A DNA stretch of 64,000 bases from Octopus sinensis (GCF_006345805.1 NC_043003.1:85808001-85872000); one strand, 5' to 3'. Counted from the first letter of the stretch, positions 1 through 12,184 are shown. The notes: generated by a model not told the origin, from the sequence alone. Numbers and translations: made by a program.

Positions 1-358
1 CAAGATCACAACATACATGTACACTGCAACATAATTTCTTTTCCTCAACAGGCCCTGCCCTATTTAACATTGTCCCGAGGGAGATCAAAGAGGAAAAGGA
101 TCCCATCAACTTCAAACAGAGTCTGGATAGATTCCTTCAAAGAATACCAGACAAGCCACCCATAATTGGATACAACTCACCCAACAAGAACTCACTACTT
201 GAACAAAACTGGATACAACTCACCCAACAAGAACTCACTACTTGAACAAAACTTGACTTAAACAGGATTCGAGTAATCCTATCAGGTGGTGCTATTAAGT
301 TAGACATGGCCTGGACCAATCTCTGGTCGAAACATATCTAAGTTTTATCTAAGTTTTA
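1..358 (+). mobile_element. CR1-clade LINE 3' fragment
   Basis: Frame 3 reads ...NFFSSTGPALFNIVPREIKEEKDPINFKQSLDRFLQRIPDKP..GY..NSL, typical of a CR1-type ORF2 C-terminus. Ends in a short tandem tail (atctaagtttt)2 before (TA)n. Confidence 0.7.
167..252. repeat. Exact 43-bp tandem duplication
   Basis: tggatacaactcacccaacaagaactcactacttgaacaaaac at 167-209 and 210-252. Confidence 0.95.
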
Positions 359-383
359 TATATATATGTGTGTGTGTGTGTGT

Positions 384-580
384 GTCTGTGTTTGTCCCCC
401 TAGCATTGCTTGACAACCGATGCTGATGTGTTTACGTCCCCGTCACTTAGCGGTTCGGCAAAAAGAGACCGATATAATAAGTACTGGGCTTACAAAGAAT
501 AAGTCCCGGGGTCGATTTGCTCGACTAAAGGCGGTGCTCCAGCATGGCCGCAGTCAAATGACTGAAACAATTAAAAGAGT
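384..580 (+). mobile_element. Bipartite octopus SINE (family A), 3' half
   Basis: Near-identical to the post-microsatellite halves of the copies at 9125-9335, 17160-17368 and 47675-47845. Confidence 0.85.
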
Positions 581-647
581 AAAAGAGTATATGTATGTAT
601 GTGTGTGTGTGCGCGCGCATACATATGTATATTATGTTTATATGTTT

Positions 648-692
<45 letters not shown>

Positions 693-844
693 CAAACATA
701 TAAACATAATATACATATGTATGCGCGCACACACACACATACATACATATACTCTTTTACTCTTTTAATTGTTTCAGTCATTTGACTGCGGCCATGCTGG
801 AGCACCGCCTTTAGTCGAGCAAATCGACCCCGGGACTTATTCTT
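495..844. repeat. Inverted duplication centred on (TA)n, ~165-bp arms
   Basis: 495-~660 is the reverse complement of ~684-844, differing by one GC dinucleotide unit. Confidence 0.9.
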
Positions 845-1080
845 GCGTGTGGTGTAAACCAGACTAAGAAAAGCATTTGACACACACACCAGAATGTGAG
901 TTTTCTGTAAATTTTGCTTAATTGGAGTTTAAATTTTAAAAACTGGACCTGGCATGACGCGATGCATTGTACTCTTAAAAATGCTAGGTAAATTGTAATT
1001 GAAGAAATCCTATATTGTAGATTTGTATAACTCCCAAAGGGAGGCAGATAAAATCTGCCTTTTATAATAAGATATATATA

Positions 1081-1111
<31 letters not shown>

Positions 1112-1112
1112 A

Positions 1113-1197
<85 letters not shown>

Positions 1198-1423
1198 TAT
1201 TATAAAAGGCAGATTTTATCTGCCTCCCTTTGGAGTTATACGAATCTACAATATAGGATTTCTTCAATTACAATTTACCTAGCATTTTTAAGAGTACAAT
1301 GCATCGCGTCATGCCAGGTCCAGTTTTTAAAATTTAAACTCCAATTAAGCAAAATTTACAGAAAACGCACATTCTGGTGTGTGTGTCAAATGCTTTTCTT
1401 AGTCTGGTTTACACCACACGCAA
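843..1423. repeat. Inverted duplication centred on (TA)n, ~229-bp arms
   Basis: 843-~1071 is the reverse complement of ~1196-1423, with 2 substitutions and a 1-bp indel; the spacer is ~120 nt of interrupted (TA)n. Confidence 0.92.
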
Positions 1424-1703
1424 ACGCACACACACAGTGGGCAACGAATAAAATGAAAGTAATTGACTTACTGTAGTGAGTGATTCTTTCACTCTGCCTC
1501 CCACTTCCTCTTTCCACACATAGACACGCAAATATATAAATAAAATTGTAAGCTAACGTGCGTGTGTGTGAGTGGGTGTGTGTGGGTGTGCGCGTGTGTG
1601 TGTGTGTGTGTGAGGGTGCGTGTGTGTGTGTGTGCGTGTGCGTGAGTGTGTGACAGGAAAGTTTTTTACGACGAATATAACACCTATATCCAAGTAGCAG
1701 AAA

Positions 1704-2075
1704 GATAAGACAGTAAGGTGTGATTTGAGGGAGATTTGGCTGCTATTTCTACCATGTCTAGCTGCCATGTAGGGGTCTCCCTCATAGGCTCATACATACA
1801 TATATACTTAGATAAGACAGTAAGGTGTGATTTGGGGGAAATTTGGCTGCTATTTCTACCAGGTCTAGCTGCCATGTAGGGGTCTCTCTCATAGGCTCAT
1901 ACATACATATATACATAGATAAGACAGTAAGGTGTGATTTTGGGGAAATTTGGCTGCTATTTCTACCAGGTCTAGCTACCATGTAGAGGTCCCCCTCATT
2001 GGCTCATATATATATACATACATAAGACAGTAAGGTGTGATTTGAGGGAGATTTGGCTGCTGTTTCTACCAGGTC
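1704..2075. repeat. Tandem repeat, ~105-bp unit x3.5
   Basis: Units begin (g/c)ataagacagtaaggtgtgattt at 1704, 1811, 1918 and 2021, each ending in a (TACA/TA) tract. Confidence 0.9.
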
Positions 2076-2129
2076 TGTTAGGCCTTCTCATGTAAACTCA
2101 AGCTTTCTCATGCCTTGAACATAAGACCA

Positions 2130-2365
2130 AAGCAGAGAATGTATTCTTTTATTCTTCTGCTTTTTCCAACCATTGGTCTGTGGCCATGCTAGGGCAATGC
2201 CTTGAAGAATTGTAGTTTAATGAATCAACTCCAGTTTTATTTTTGTAAGCATTGTACTTATTCTATCTGTTTCCTTTGTCAAACCACTAGGTGACAGGGA
2301 TGTAAACAAACCAACATTCGTTGTCAAGCAGTGGTGGAGGACAATCACAAGCACAGACACGCACA
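2130..2365 (-). mobile_element. Diverged family A SINE 3' half
   Basis: Reverse complement resembles the family A tail (gcttgacaac...gtttacatccc...ataagtac...agcatggccac). Confidence 0.65.
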
Positions 2366-2441
2366 CACACATACATACATGCATACACATATACACACAT
2401 ACATACATACATACATATATATATATGTGTGTATATATATA

Positions 2442-2765
2442 TTGCAGCGTAGAAGGTGTTTGTAAGCCATTTAAGAAACACACAAAAACCGTTACATTCA
2501 CTTCAACATTTAAATTTAATTTGCCAAAATATTTTCGTCGCTTTGAGACCGCGACCTGTTCACTGACAAAAATATCGTGCTAACAGGTCGCGGTCTCAAA
2601 GCGATGAAAATATTTTGACAAATTAAATTTAAATGTTGAAGTGAATCTAACGGTTTTTGTGTGTTTCTTAAATGGCTTATAAACACCTTCAACGCTGCAA
2701 CTGTTTTCGTTCCAGCACACGATCTCAGATCAAGTCACTTGCTATGCAAGTACATCTCTGTAACT
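2442..2765. mobile_element. Penelope-like pseudo-LTR-type repeat with inverted ~118-bp arms
   Basis: 2442-2559 is inverted at 2582-2700 with few mismatches, with a unique extension to ~2765 and (TA)-rich DNA on both sides. Carries a hammerhead-like motif. The PLE assignment is inference. Confidence 0.6.
2520..2570 (-). ncRNA. Candidate minimal type I hammerhead ribozyme with G3-C8 core
   Basis: Minus strand: TTTGTCA-GTGAACA-G-GTCGC ggtctcaaa GCGAC-GAAA-ATAT-T-T-TGGCAAA. Stem I 7 bp, stem II 5 bp, palindromic stem III AAUAUU. Confidence 0.5.
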
Positions 2766-2864
2766 ATATATATATTTATATATATATATATATATGTATA
2801 TTGGTAAAAACAGTAAGATAACAAAAGAAAGAAAGAGACCTCAATATTATGTAAATAGAGGGAA

Positions 2865-3259
2865 TCTTTATATATAAAAGTGAGGTTGTGTGTCTGTCTC
2901 CTACGATTTAGATTCCTAACTACTCCCACATTTTGCGGTGCAGTTTAACCAAAACCGGGTATCTTATAGTCGTGATTCATATCGAGACCGTCTGGGTATT
3001 AGCGCGCGTCTACGATGAGTCTACGATTTAAAAAAAAATTTACCATCAATTTCTCCCATTTTTAATCCATTTTTGACATATATAAGGGAAGTAACTCTCT
3101 AAAATTTATTATTAAATCTCAGAACGTAAAAAGCTACAGTAACACCCCTCCCCCTTTGTGGTTAGCCATATTGAGATGGCTATTATACTTTACATCTCTA
3201 AAAATGCTTATATAATTATTTCCCTTACAAACCCGAGCAACGCCGGGCGATACTGCTAG
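2865..3259 (+). mobile_element. Non-autonomous Helitron
   Basis: Starts A|TC (tctttatatataaaag), ends CTAG|T, with the subterminal hairpin cccgagcaacgccggg. Confidence 0.8.
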
Positions 3260-3263
3260 TATA

Positions 3264-3314
<51 letters not shown>

Positions 3315-3599
3315 CATGCATATATACATACATACATATACTTTTTTCTTCCGTTTTAGTCCATTTTTCTATGTTTGCCATTTATGATATTAGCCCTTAT
3401 TTTTTTCCAAGTGAGCGAAAACTTAGTTTTCAGATTTCATTGATATAAAAAATGTAAACAATAAGCGCACGCGCATCAATATTCACACATTCGCATACAT
3501 ACAATTATATGTATGCATAGACGTATATAAATATGTGTACGTGTGTATGAGTATATATAGACACACATATATACATGCACACACACACACACACACACA

Positions 3600-3637
<38 letters not shown>

Positions 3638-3776
3638 TAGAAAGAGAGAGAGAGAGAGAAAGAAAATGAGAAATGCATAGATACATATGTATATATAAAT
3701 GAATATGTGTATATATATATATATATATGAATATATGTATGTATGTATGCATGTATGTATGTATGTATGTATGTAC

Positions 3777-3821
<45 letters not shown>

Positions 3822-4493
3822 GATATATATATATATACATAGCTTACTTTTTCGTTAAGACAAGAGCCACAAAGATGTACTACAGCCTGCGGGAGATAAA
3901 TGTACACTGTATACAGTTATGAGCTACTAATAGCTTCATATATTTGGCGATGGCTGTCTAGGCAACTTTTATTTATATGCCTTGTCTCCAAGCAATCATC
4001 ATGCTCTGAGTACATGTCCTATTCAATTTACAAATCAGGACGCTAGAACAAGCAAAATCACGAGAAAAACGGGATGGTTTACCATGCATTTACAATAACT
4101 AAACATTGCAAACAAATTATGATGGGAAAACATTACTTGTCAGCATCGTGATTTTATCGAGAATTCCACAAAAAAACTTTAGAAGATGTACTAATATCAA
4201 AATGCAAGCTAAAATTCAAAACTCAGATGGCTGCAAGATATCAAGACATAAAAAAAGAATAACCTACCAGACCTTAATCTTTGAATGATTTAAAATCCAG
4301 TGTTTATAAGTTATAACTCAACTGTTTTAACAATCTGCGACCTACCGTAAAGGACGCAAATATCACATATTTACTGTCGTATTTTGATAATTATAACCGA
4401 GAAAATCTTGAATGTTTCATGGATTATTGGATTTAGGACTGCTAAAGTTCCAAATTAAAGAGAAGGAAATATGAAAAACTTTTAATAATAAAT

Positions 4494-5042
4494 ACAAGGT
4501 GGGATAGAGATGACGAACGTTGTTTGGAATGGTTATTCCTCAGTCCTAGGGGGAGGAAACTATGTCCGACAGGTACCATTCGGTCCATGGTGTCTTAGCA
4601 TTTTTTTCAGATGAGGTCATGGCATTGTGGACGATAGAGCATCACGTGTTTGCCTTCGATATTTTACGCGTCAGACAAGCTTTGATACGGAGTCCGAATC
4701 GCTCAGCTCGTAGGCATTCCACTGAACTTGCCATCGGTAATCGATCGGTATGGTGTATTCTGCATGAATACCTGCATTTACACCCTTATAAATTGGTCAT
4801 TTGGCAACAGTTGAAACCATGGGACTATGCACATAGCAATACTGGAGAGAATGGAGGCCAACTTCCAAGAACGCCTACAGAAACTCATCAATGTAAACGG
4901 ACATCACATAATGGATGTTGTTTCTACACTTAATTTTAACAAATGCAATACAAATACATTGATGTCAATAAAATTTGTTTGCAGCTAAAATTAATGATTT
5001 TGTGAATTTTTTGAAAACATTTATCGTCTCTGCCTCACCATA
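4494..5042 (+). mobile_element. Internally deleted Tc1/mariner-superfamily element
   Basis: Transposase pieces (SARRHSTELAIGNRSVWCILHEYLHLHPYKL; C-terminal RLQK.INVNGHH.MDVVF) with weak terminal inverted similarity (caaggtgggatagaga vs tggtgaggcagaga). Confidence 0.65.
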
Positions 5043-5249
5043 TAAAATAGAATTAAAAACCCATTAGAATTGCGTCTTTAGGATAATGCATTTGAAAGAA
5101 AGTATGTATTTGTATTGATTAACGTATGTGAGCAGACACATACATATACATACATATATAATCATACATGTATATGCATATAAATATGATTACTATATTT
5201 ACATACATATAAACATGCAGATGTATTTATATACATTATATATATATAT

Positions 5250-5349
5250 ATAACGGGAAGCTTTATGAAAATAGACAAAAGACGAAGGCAGGTTTACGGA
5301 AATAAACAAAAGACGAAGGCAGGTGGAATACAAACAAACAATTGTATTA

Positions 5350-5352
<3 letters not shown>
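5250..5352 (-). mobile_element. Fragment of the (TA)n-flanked Penelope-like repeat family (no ribozyme core)
   Basis: taacgggaagctttatgaaaata..acaaaagacgaaggcagg matches 16750-16820; internal ~30-bp duplication; (TA)n on both sides. Confidence 0.7.
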
Positions 5353-5390
<38 letters not shown>

Positions 5391-5392
5391 TA

Positions 5393-6240
5393 CGTGGTCT
5401 GATCAATAAGTATCCGGACTGTTGCATAGTTACGAAGCTGAAGCGCACAGAGTGAAGCTGCTTGGCACAGATTGACCTTGTACTTTGCTGTGTATGCGCA
5501 CTAAGTTTTAACGTTCTATCCTATTTTCGTTGCTTACAGCAGTGCTTGAAAGTAGTATGTGATCGTCGCATTGACTATGACAGAAAATTGAGCAAAGAAT
5601 CTGAATAAAATTTTGCCAAAAGCCTGGCGATACCTGCGCAGAGGCCGACGCAAAGTCAACAAGGTTTCAAGGAGATTTGTGCAACTGAAACCTGAATGTC
5701 CTTTTGGTCAGCTGAAAGCCGTTTTGGCACAAACTTGGCAGACACACGTCTCATACTCAAATTTTCAGTGATAATGGACTTAACTGAACTGTAACTAATT
5801 TACATATCCTTTGATAACTCACGGATGGTTATTCGACGATTTCTCCTCACAGTCGCACGCACATCTGCGGTGTTTTTCTCAGTTCTGCTGGTTGCAGGTC
5901 TCCCAGAACGTTCATCACTATCGATACTTTTCGGCCATCTTGAAAACGTCTGAAACACTCGTACACTTGTGTGCGGCTCACACACTCCTCTCTATATATT
6001 TTCTGCAACTTTGCGCAGGCCTCTGAGTGGGTATCGCCACGACAGCTTTCTTTGTGATGGTCAATGCGACGATCACACGTTACACACGTTACTTCAAAGC
6101 ACTGCTGTAAATAGCCGAAGTGAGCTATTAATGCACATGCACAGCAGAGGTCAAAGTAAATCTGTGCCAAGCGGCTATATTCTACATACTTTGGTTTTGT
6201 TACTATAGCAACAGTCCGGATATTTACTGATAAGACCTTG
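5393..6240. mobile_element. Mariner-derived element built from two 5' ends
   Basis: TA flanks; TIRs ggtctgatcaataagtatccggactgttgc / ggtcttatcagtaaatatccggactgttgc. The plus arm encodes a decayed EQRI.IKFCQK.GDTCAE. The minus arm encodes YECFRRFQDGRKSIDSDERSGRP..VR..VR.NRRITIREL (mariner N-terminal HTH). Confidence 0.85.
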
Positions 6241-6719
6241 TATATGTATATATATGTAAACACACACACACACACTCACGCACACACACATATGTAAACG
6301 CACACACACATGTACATACATATGTGTGTGTGTGTGTTTATATGTTTTTATACACACACACGCATACAAACATATATGTGTAAAAAACGCATATATTTGC
6401 AAACACACATACACAGACACGCAAAAAAAAAAAAGAATTTATAAAATCACTCACAAGTTTAAATAGACATTTATTCACAAGACTAATTTTAATGGCCATA
6501 AAATAAAGACAGAAATCCTAACTCCCTACTTCCTTACCTCCTTCCCCCACCATTCCATTATCCTCCCTTCTCCTACCTCCATACATACATCCATCGATCC
6601 ATTCATCTATCCATTGATCCTACACACATGCATCTATACATGTGGGTGCATACATACATACATACTCTCACGCTATCTCCCTTTCTTACACACACACACA
6701 AACACACACACACACACAC

Positions 6720-6752
<33 letters not shown>

Positions 6753-7026
6753 CTATTTTCTTTTACTTCTGGAATTTGGAGAAATGTGGTTCCTTTATAA
6801 TACTTTTATGGCCATTAACATTAGTCTTCGGAATAAATGCTTATTTAAACTTGCGAATGATTTTCGAAATCATTCTTTTTTTGATATTTGTGCCTGAGTG
6901 TCTGTGTCTGTATGTGTCTGTGTGTTTGTGTGTGCATATATATAAGTGTGTGTGTTTTGTATGGCATAATATTTTTATATTTGTATATATTATTTAACAG
7001 GCATGCATTGTATGTGTGCATATATA

Positions 7027-7068
<42 letters not shown>

Positions 7069-7173
7069 TTTATTTAAAGCAGCAGAAATTTTCTGCTGCT
7101 TTAAATAATTACTCTACCACTGGTATTTGAGTACTCTTTTTTCCACCTTGTTTCACATTTATGTGTTTACTCC

Positions 7174-7210
<37 letters not shown>

Positions 7211-7793
7211 ATGTGCGTGTGTGTGTGTATATATATACATACGCACACACACATATACACGCACACTCTCACAGACATGCACGCATAGCTACATATATAC
7301 ATTCACACACATAAATACGCCACAAGTACAACTTCCTGTATATCAACAAATGTCTAAAATTTGCAACGAATGTCTAAAATTTGCAAAAATTTGTAACGGA
7401 TCGGAACTCTATTATCATTTTGTGTAGAAAATGAACGTGAATTTCGTATTTAGCATGTAAAACTGTATTAATGTACAAAATGTTTTCCTCCTGTTCTGCG
7501 CCATCCACCAAGTATATTTGGATTTATATTATTAATTCTGTGGAGAATCGCGTCATTGATTATTGATTTATAACAAGCCAAACAGAGGTTCAATGAATGT
7601 CCGGTAGTGAGAGTGGTTAAGTGTATCTTCGCAACTCATACAAAATAAATATCATTATTAATGGTTGTACTTGAAACAGCATCGGATTAAAATAATGATG
7701 CGTTCTATGTATTTTCCAGTTATAAAGTATGTATGCATGTATGTATGTATCTATGTATGTATTTATGTATGTATCTATGTATGTATTTATGTA

Positions 7794-7832
<39 letters not shown>

Positions 7833-7997
7833 GTATATATATGCACACACATAATACATATACATGCATATAAGTATATATACAAATACATACATAGTCA
7901 TATGTGTGTGTGTGCATATGTATTGATATATATATATATATTATATATATATATATTTAGGAGTGTGTATGACTATATATGTATATATATGCATATA

Positions 7998-8061
7998 TTG
8001 ATAAAATACAATGAACGGCTTCCTTACGTGTTCAAATATACCTCAAGCATATAGATACATC

Positions 8062-8125
<64 letters not shown>

Positions 8126-8178
8126 TATATGTGTGTGTGTGTGTGTGTATGTATATATATATGTATATATATACATAT

Positions 8179-8217
<39 letters not shown>

Positions 8218-8294
8218 AATATATATATATGATGTATCTATATGCTTGAGGCATATTTGAACACGTAAGGAAGCCGTTCATTGTATTTTATCAA
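7998..8294. repeat. Inverted duplication around a TA/TG/CA microsatellite, ~66-bp arms
   Basis: 7998-8063 is the reverse complement of 8229-8294 with one mismatch. Confidence 0.88.
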
Positions 8295-8499
8295 GAAAAT
8301 TTCTCGCTGTAGGCATAAATAGACAGTCAGTTCACAACGTCTCCTAACCACACTGTTGGATGCTTGCATTTCGGAGTTGTTAGGTACGGTGTGAAGTGAC
8401 TCGGTGTATTTACACCTATTTGTTTGCAGCGAGAAATTTTCTCCCTGACAAAACACAGTGAATGGCTTTCTTAGGGGTACGAATATAACTCAAGCATAT
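8240..8499. mobile_element. MITE with ~80-bp diverged TIRs
   Basis: atatgcttgag..atatt.g.ac.c.taag.aagcc.ttca.tgt.tttt.tca..gaaaatttctcgctg recurs inverted at the right end. Confidence 0.7.
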
Positions 8500-8783
8500 T
8501 TGAACTGATAAGTTTGAATTCACTCACATCACTGCTTTGCACTGTCATACCGTACATGCATGCATACATACATACATACATACATACATACATACATACA
8601 TACATACATACATACATACATACATACATACATACACGAAGACAAGTGTAAGAAGATGCTAGACTATTAGTTTGACGTGTGAAAAATGGAAATGTGTTAA
8701 GGTCAGTGGTCCAAATGCCACGTTGGACCACTGAACTCAACTGGTTTTTTTTTCATTCTCTCTCTATATATTTCTTCTTATTC

Positions 8784-8819
8784 CTTTCTGTCGAAGGGCG
8801 TAGGCTCGAAACGTAAAAG
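8784..8819 (+). ncRNA. Candidate minimal hammerhead (U6 variant), copy 1
   Basis: cttt-CTGTCGA-A-GGGC gtag GCTC-GAAA-CGT-A-aaag, inside the repeat at ~8750-8864. Confidence 0.45.
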
Positions 8820-8861
8820 ACTTTTCCATTTTCCCGAGCATCAAACTGATACACTTGCTTG

Positions 8862-8902
<41 letters not shown>

Positions 8903-8904
<2 letters not shown>

Positions 8905-9075
8905 CGTAGGAATGGCTGTGTGTTAAGTAGCTTGCTTACGAACCACATGGTTCCGGGTTCAGTCCCACTGCGTGGCACTTTGGGCAAGTGCCTTCTACTA
9001 TAGCCTCGGGCTGATCAAAGCCTTGTGAGTGGAGTTGGTAGACGGAAACTGAAAGAAGCCCGTCGTATATATATG

Positions 9076-9123
<48 letters not shown>

Positions 9124-9335
9124 TGTGTCTGTGTTTGCCCCCCCCCAATATCGCTTGGCAACCGATGCTGGTCTGTTTATGTCCCCGTAACTTAGCGGTT
9201 CTGCAAAAGAGACCGATAGAATAAGTACTAGGCTTACAAAGAATAAGTCCTGGGGTCGATATGCTCTACTAAATGCGGTGCTCCAGCATGGCCACAGTCA
9301 AGTGGCTGAAACAAGTAAAAGAGTAAAGAGAAAGA
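8903..9335 (+). mobile_element. Full family A SINE (tRNA-like head, internal microsatellite, tail)
   Basis: A/B-box-like head tggctgtgtg.taag...ggttcagtccc, central (TA)(TG) tract, tail ending in (taaaagag) repeats. Confidence 0.85.
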
Positions 9336-9398
9336 ATATATGAAAAATTGAAAAGAAATGGTTTTGATAATTTTCCCTCTTTAATAATTAGATGTTTG

Positions 9399-9440
<42 letters not shown>

Positions 9441-9442
<2 letters not shown>

Positions 9443-9660
9443 GCGGCGAGCTGGCAGAAACGTAACGCGCAGGGCGAAATGCTTAGCGGTATTTCGTCTG
9501 TCTTACGTTATGAGTTCGAATTCCGCCGAGGTTGACTTTGTCTTTCATCCTTTCGGGGTCGATAAATAAAGTACCAGTTTCGCACTGGTTCGATAATCGA
9601 CTTAATCCCTTTGTCTGTCCTTGTTTGTCCCTCTATGTTTAGCCCCTTGTGGGTAGTAAA

Positions 9661-9663
<3 letters not shown>
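9441..9663 (+). mobile_element. Deu/Nin-domain SINE (family B)
   Basis: Head ggcggcgagctggcagaaacg; core gactttg.ctttcatcctttcggggtcgataaa.taagtaccag; tail ccccttgtgggtagtaaagaa. Confidence 0.85.
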
Positions 9664-9694
<31 letters not shown>

Positions 9695-9767
9695 CTGCTT
9701 GTTGATAATACACCTGTCTTCGTCTTTTGTTTTTCTGTAAATTTCAACTATATATATATTTTTTTTT

Positions 9768-9968
9768 ATTGCCCACAAGGGGCTAAACATAGAGGGGACG
9801 AACAAGGACAAACCCCCTGTGCTTAACTGGTACTTATTTAATCGACCCCGAAAGGATGAAAGGCAAAGTCCACCTAGGCGGAATTTGAACTCAGAGCGTA
9901 AAGATAGACGAAATACTACTAAGTATTTCGCCCGGCGTGCTAACGTTTCTGCTAGTTCACCGCCTTGT
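9768..9968 (-). mobile_element. Family B SINE with internal deletion
   Basis: Reverse complement of the family B consensus, lying tail-to-tail with the copy at 9441. Confidence 0.8.
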
Positions 9969-10240
9969 GTGTATTGAGAAAAGAGGAAGTCGTCAGAATT
10001 TTGGAGAAAGAATTTTTTTATTTAGTCATTATTATTAGCGCTTTCGTTCGTTTTTCGAACTTGTCAAATGAAATTTCTTTGTGAATGTACAAGCAGGTTG
10101 TTTATTTCTATACAAAATGTTTTTTATTTGTTTAGAAGCGGAGAACATTGTTTTCTCCAGGACAATGGAGATAGATAGGTAGATAGATAGCCAGACAGAC
10201 AGATAGGTAGAGATAGGGAGGAAGGAGGGACCTCCACTTC

Positions 10241-10468
10241 AATTTTGACTTCCATTTATTTATATAATTATTTAGCCATTTACTATTCTATTAAAATGAG
10301 TTCAAGGATGGTGATCTCTCCTCGGATGGGGTGCGGTCATCACTAAGAGCATTTTTTTTGCTCTCAGTGATGACCGCACCCCATCCTAGGAGAGGTCACC
10401 ATCCTTGAACTCATTTCAATAGAAAGGTAAATGACTAAATAAATAAATAAATGAAAGGAAGTCGAATT
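10241..10468. repeat. Foldback hairpin element (~80-bp near-perfect inner stem, 9-nt loop)
   Basis: atgagttcaaggatggtgatctctcctcggatggggtgcggtcatcactaagagc / gctctcagtgatgaccgcaccccatcctaggagaggtcaccatccttgaactcat; weaker pairing extends outward. Confidence 0.85.
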
Positions 10469-10502
10469 TGAAGGGGATCCATTCCTCCCCCCACTCTACC
10501 TA

Positions 10503-10541
<39 letters not shown>

Positions 10542-10543
10542 GC

Positions 10544-10609
<66 letters not shown>

Positions 10610-10870
10610 CCATTGTCCTGGAACCTCACCCCCAAAAACAAAAAACAACCCCAAAACAAGAAACAAAAACAATGTCCTCTTCTAAACAAAGCAAAAAAAT
10701 ATGTTTTATATAAATAAACAACCTGTTTGTACTTTCACAAAAAATGTTATTTGACAAGTTCGAATAACAAACGAAAGCGCTAATAATAACAATTAAATAA
10801 AAATTTTATTTTCCAAAATTCTGGCGACCTCTTCTTATCTGTACATCACCTCTCTCTCTCTCTCTCATCT

Positions 10871-10917
<47 letters not shown>

Positions 10918-10922
<5 letters not shown>

Positions 10923-11225
10923 GAATTTACAAAAAACAAAACAAAACAAAAAACTAAGACGGGTGTGTAAACAGCAAACAGATGTATTGGTTTAACGCTC
11001 GGGAAGTGAGAAAGTCTTTTACGTTTCGAGCCTACGCTCTTCGACAGAAAGGAACACAGAAATAAACAGGGAGAGAAAATAGAAAAGTGTTTAGTGGCTA
11101 GCAATCTATCATGGTGAATGCCGGACAGAGGGGTATATAGGTACATAGATAGATAGCCAGGCAGACAGATAGGTATAGAGAACAAGTGGAGGTAGGAGCA
11201 GCGCAATGGAATCGATGGCAACAAT
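10918..11225 (-). mobile_element. Penelope-like repeat carrying hammerhead-like copy 2 (11016-11051)
   Basis: Minus strand: cttt-CTGTCGA-A-GAGC gtag GCTC-GAAA-CGT-A-aaag; abuts (TA)n at 10918. Confidence 0.6.
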
Positions 11226-11911
11226 ATTACTAATAATTGTAATAGTGTTCAGTGTGCTAGCTGAAGTAAAAACGATAAGGTAGTTATGGTAAAGCAGAAA
11301 AAGAAAAAAAATGGAGAAAACTTAGAAAAATCATCGTTGATTTTATTTTATTCGTAATTTTTATTTTCCTCATCGTGTTATTGTACTTTAGATTTTATTT
11401 TATTTTTATATTTATATATATATTTTTGATTTCACCTTCAATGTTTCTTTTCTGCTGTTGTTTTCTTCAATAGTATAGTCTCATATCTTTAAATAAATTC
11501 TTCTTTGAGAATTTTTTTCCATTATCATTGCTACTCTGATCGGCTTAACTTTTGTCTAAAATAATCTCTCACCAGTTTCTTGAGTATTGCCATTAATATT
11601 ATCAACATATTCATAACACTGCTCCCCCATCCGACCCATCCATTTACTAATGTTCTCTAGGAGACAAGAGTCATAACATATGGCTACATTGTAAAAAACC
11701 CCCAATGAACTGTGTCTGAGAGACAACATCGATGACGGCAATAGTATTTTTATTGAGTAAATTTGTTTAATCATGTATTTAGAACTTCGTAAGTTGGTAT
11801 GAATATTTTGGTGCGTCTCTTCTGGTAAGTGTGTACAGGAAGTGTTATTAGTTTTAGTTATATTTGGTTTTATTGGATTTAATCCTTTACTTCGACTATA
11901 TATATTTATAC

Positions 11912-11992
<81 letters not shown>

Positions 11993-12038
11993 GGTTAAGG
12001 TAAAATGCTAGCTACCTGATAAAATCTAACGTGGATTT

Positions 12039-12071
<33 letters not shown>

Positions 12072-12134
12072 GGTTAAGGTAAAATGCTAGCTACCTGATA
12101 AAATCTAACGTGGATTTTATCCTCAGTTTATATA

Positions 12135-12184
<50 letters not shown>

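Noticed and set aside
3848-3886. 39-nt minus-strand candidate exon (AVVHLCGSCLNEK) with good splice sites
   Set aside because: It is open only in phase 0-0, incompatible with the phase-1 end of the TM3 exon, and has no similarity to TM4.
11556-11975. 139-aa ORF
   Set aside because: Its start is a (GT)n translation. The rest may be a decayed TE, but I could not assign it.
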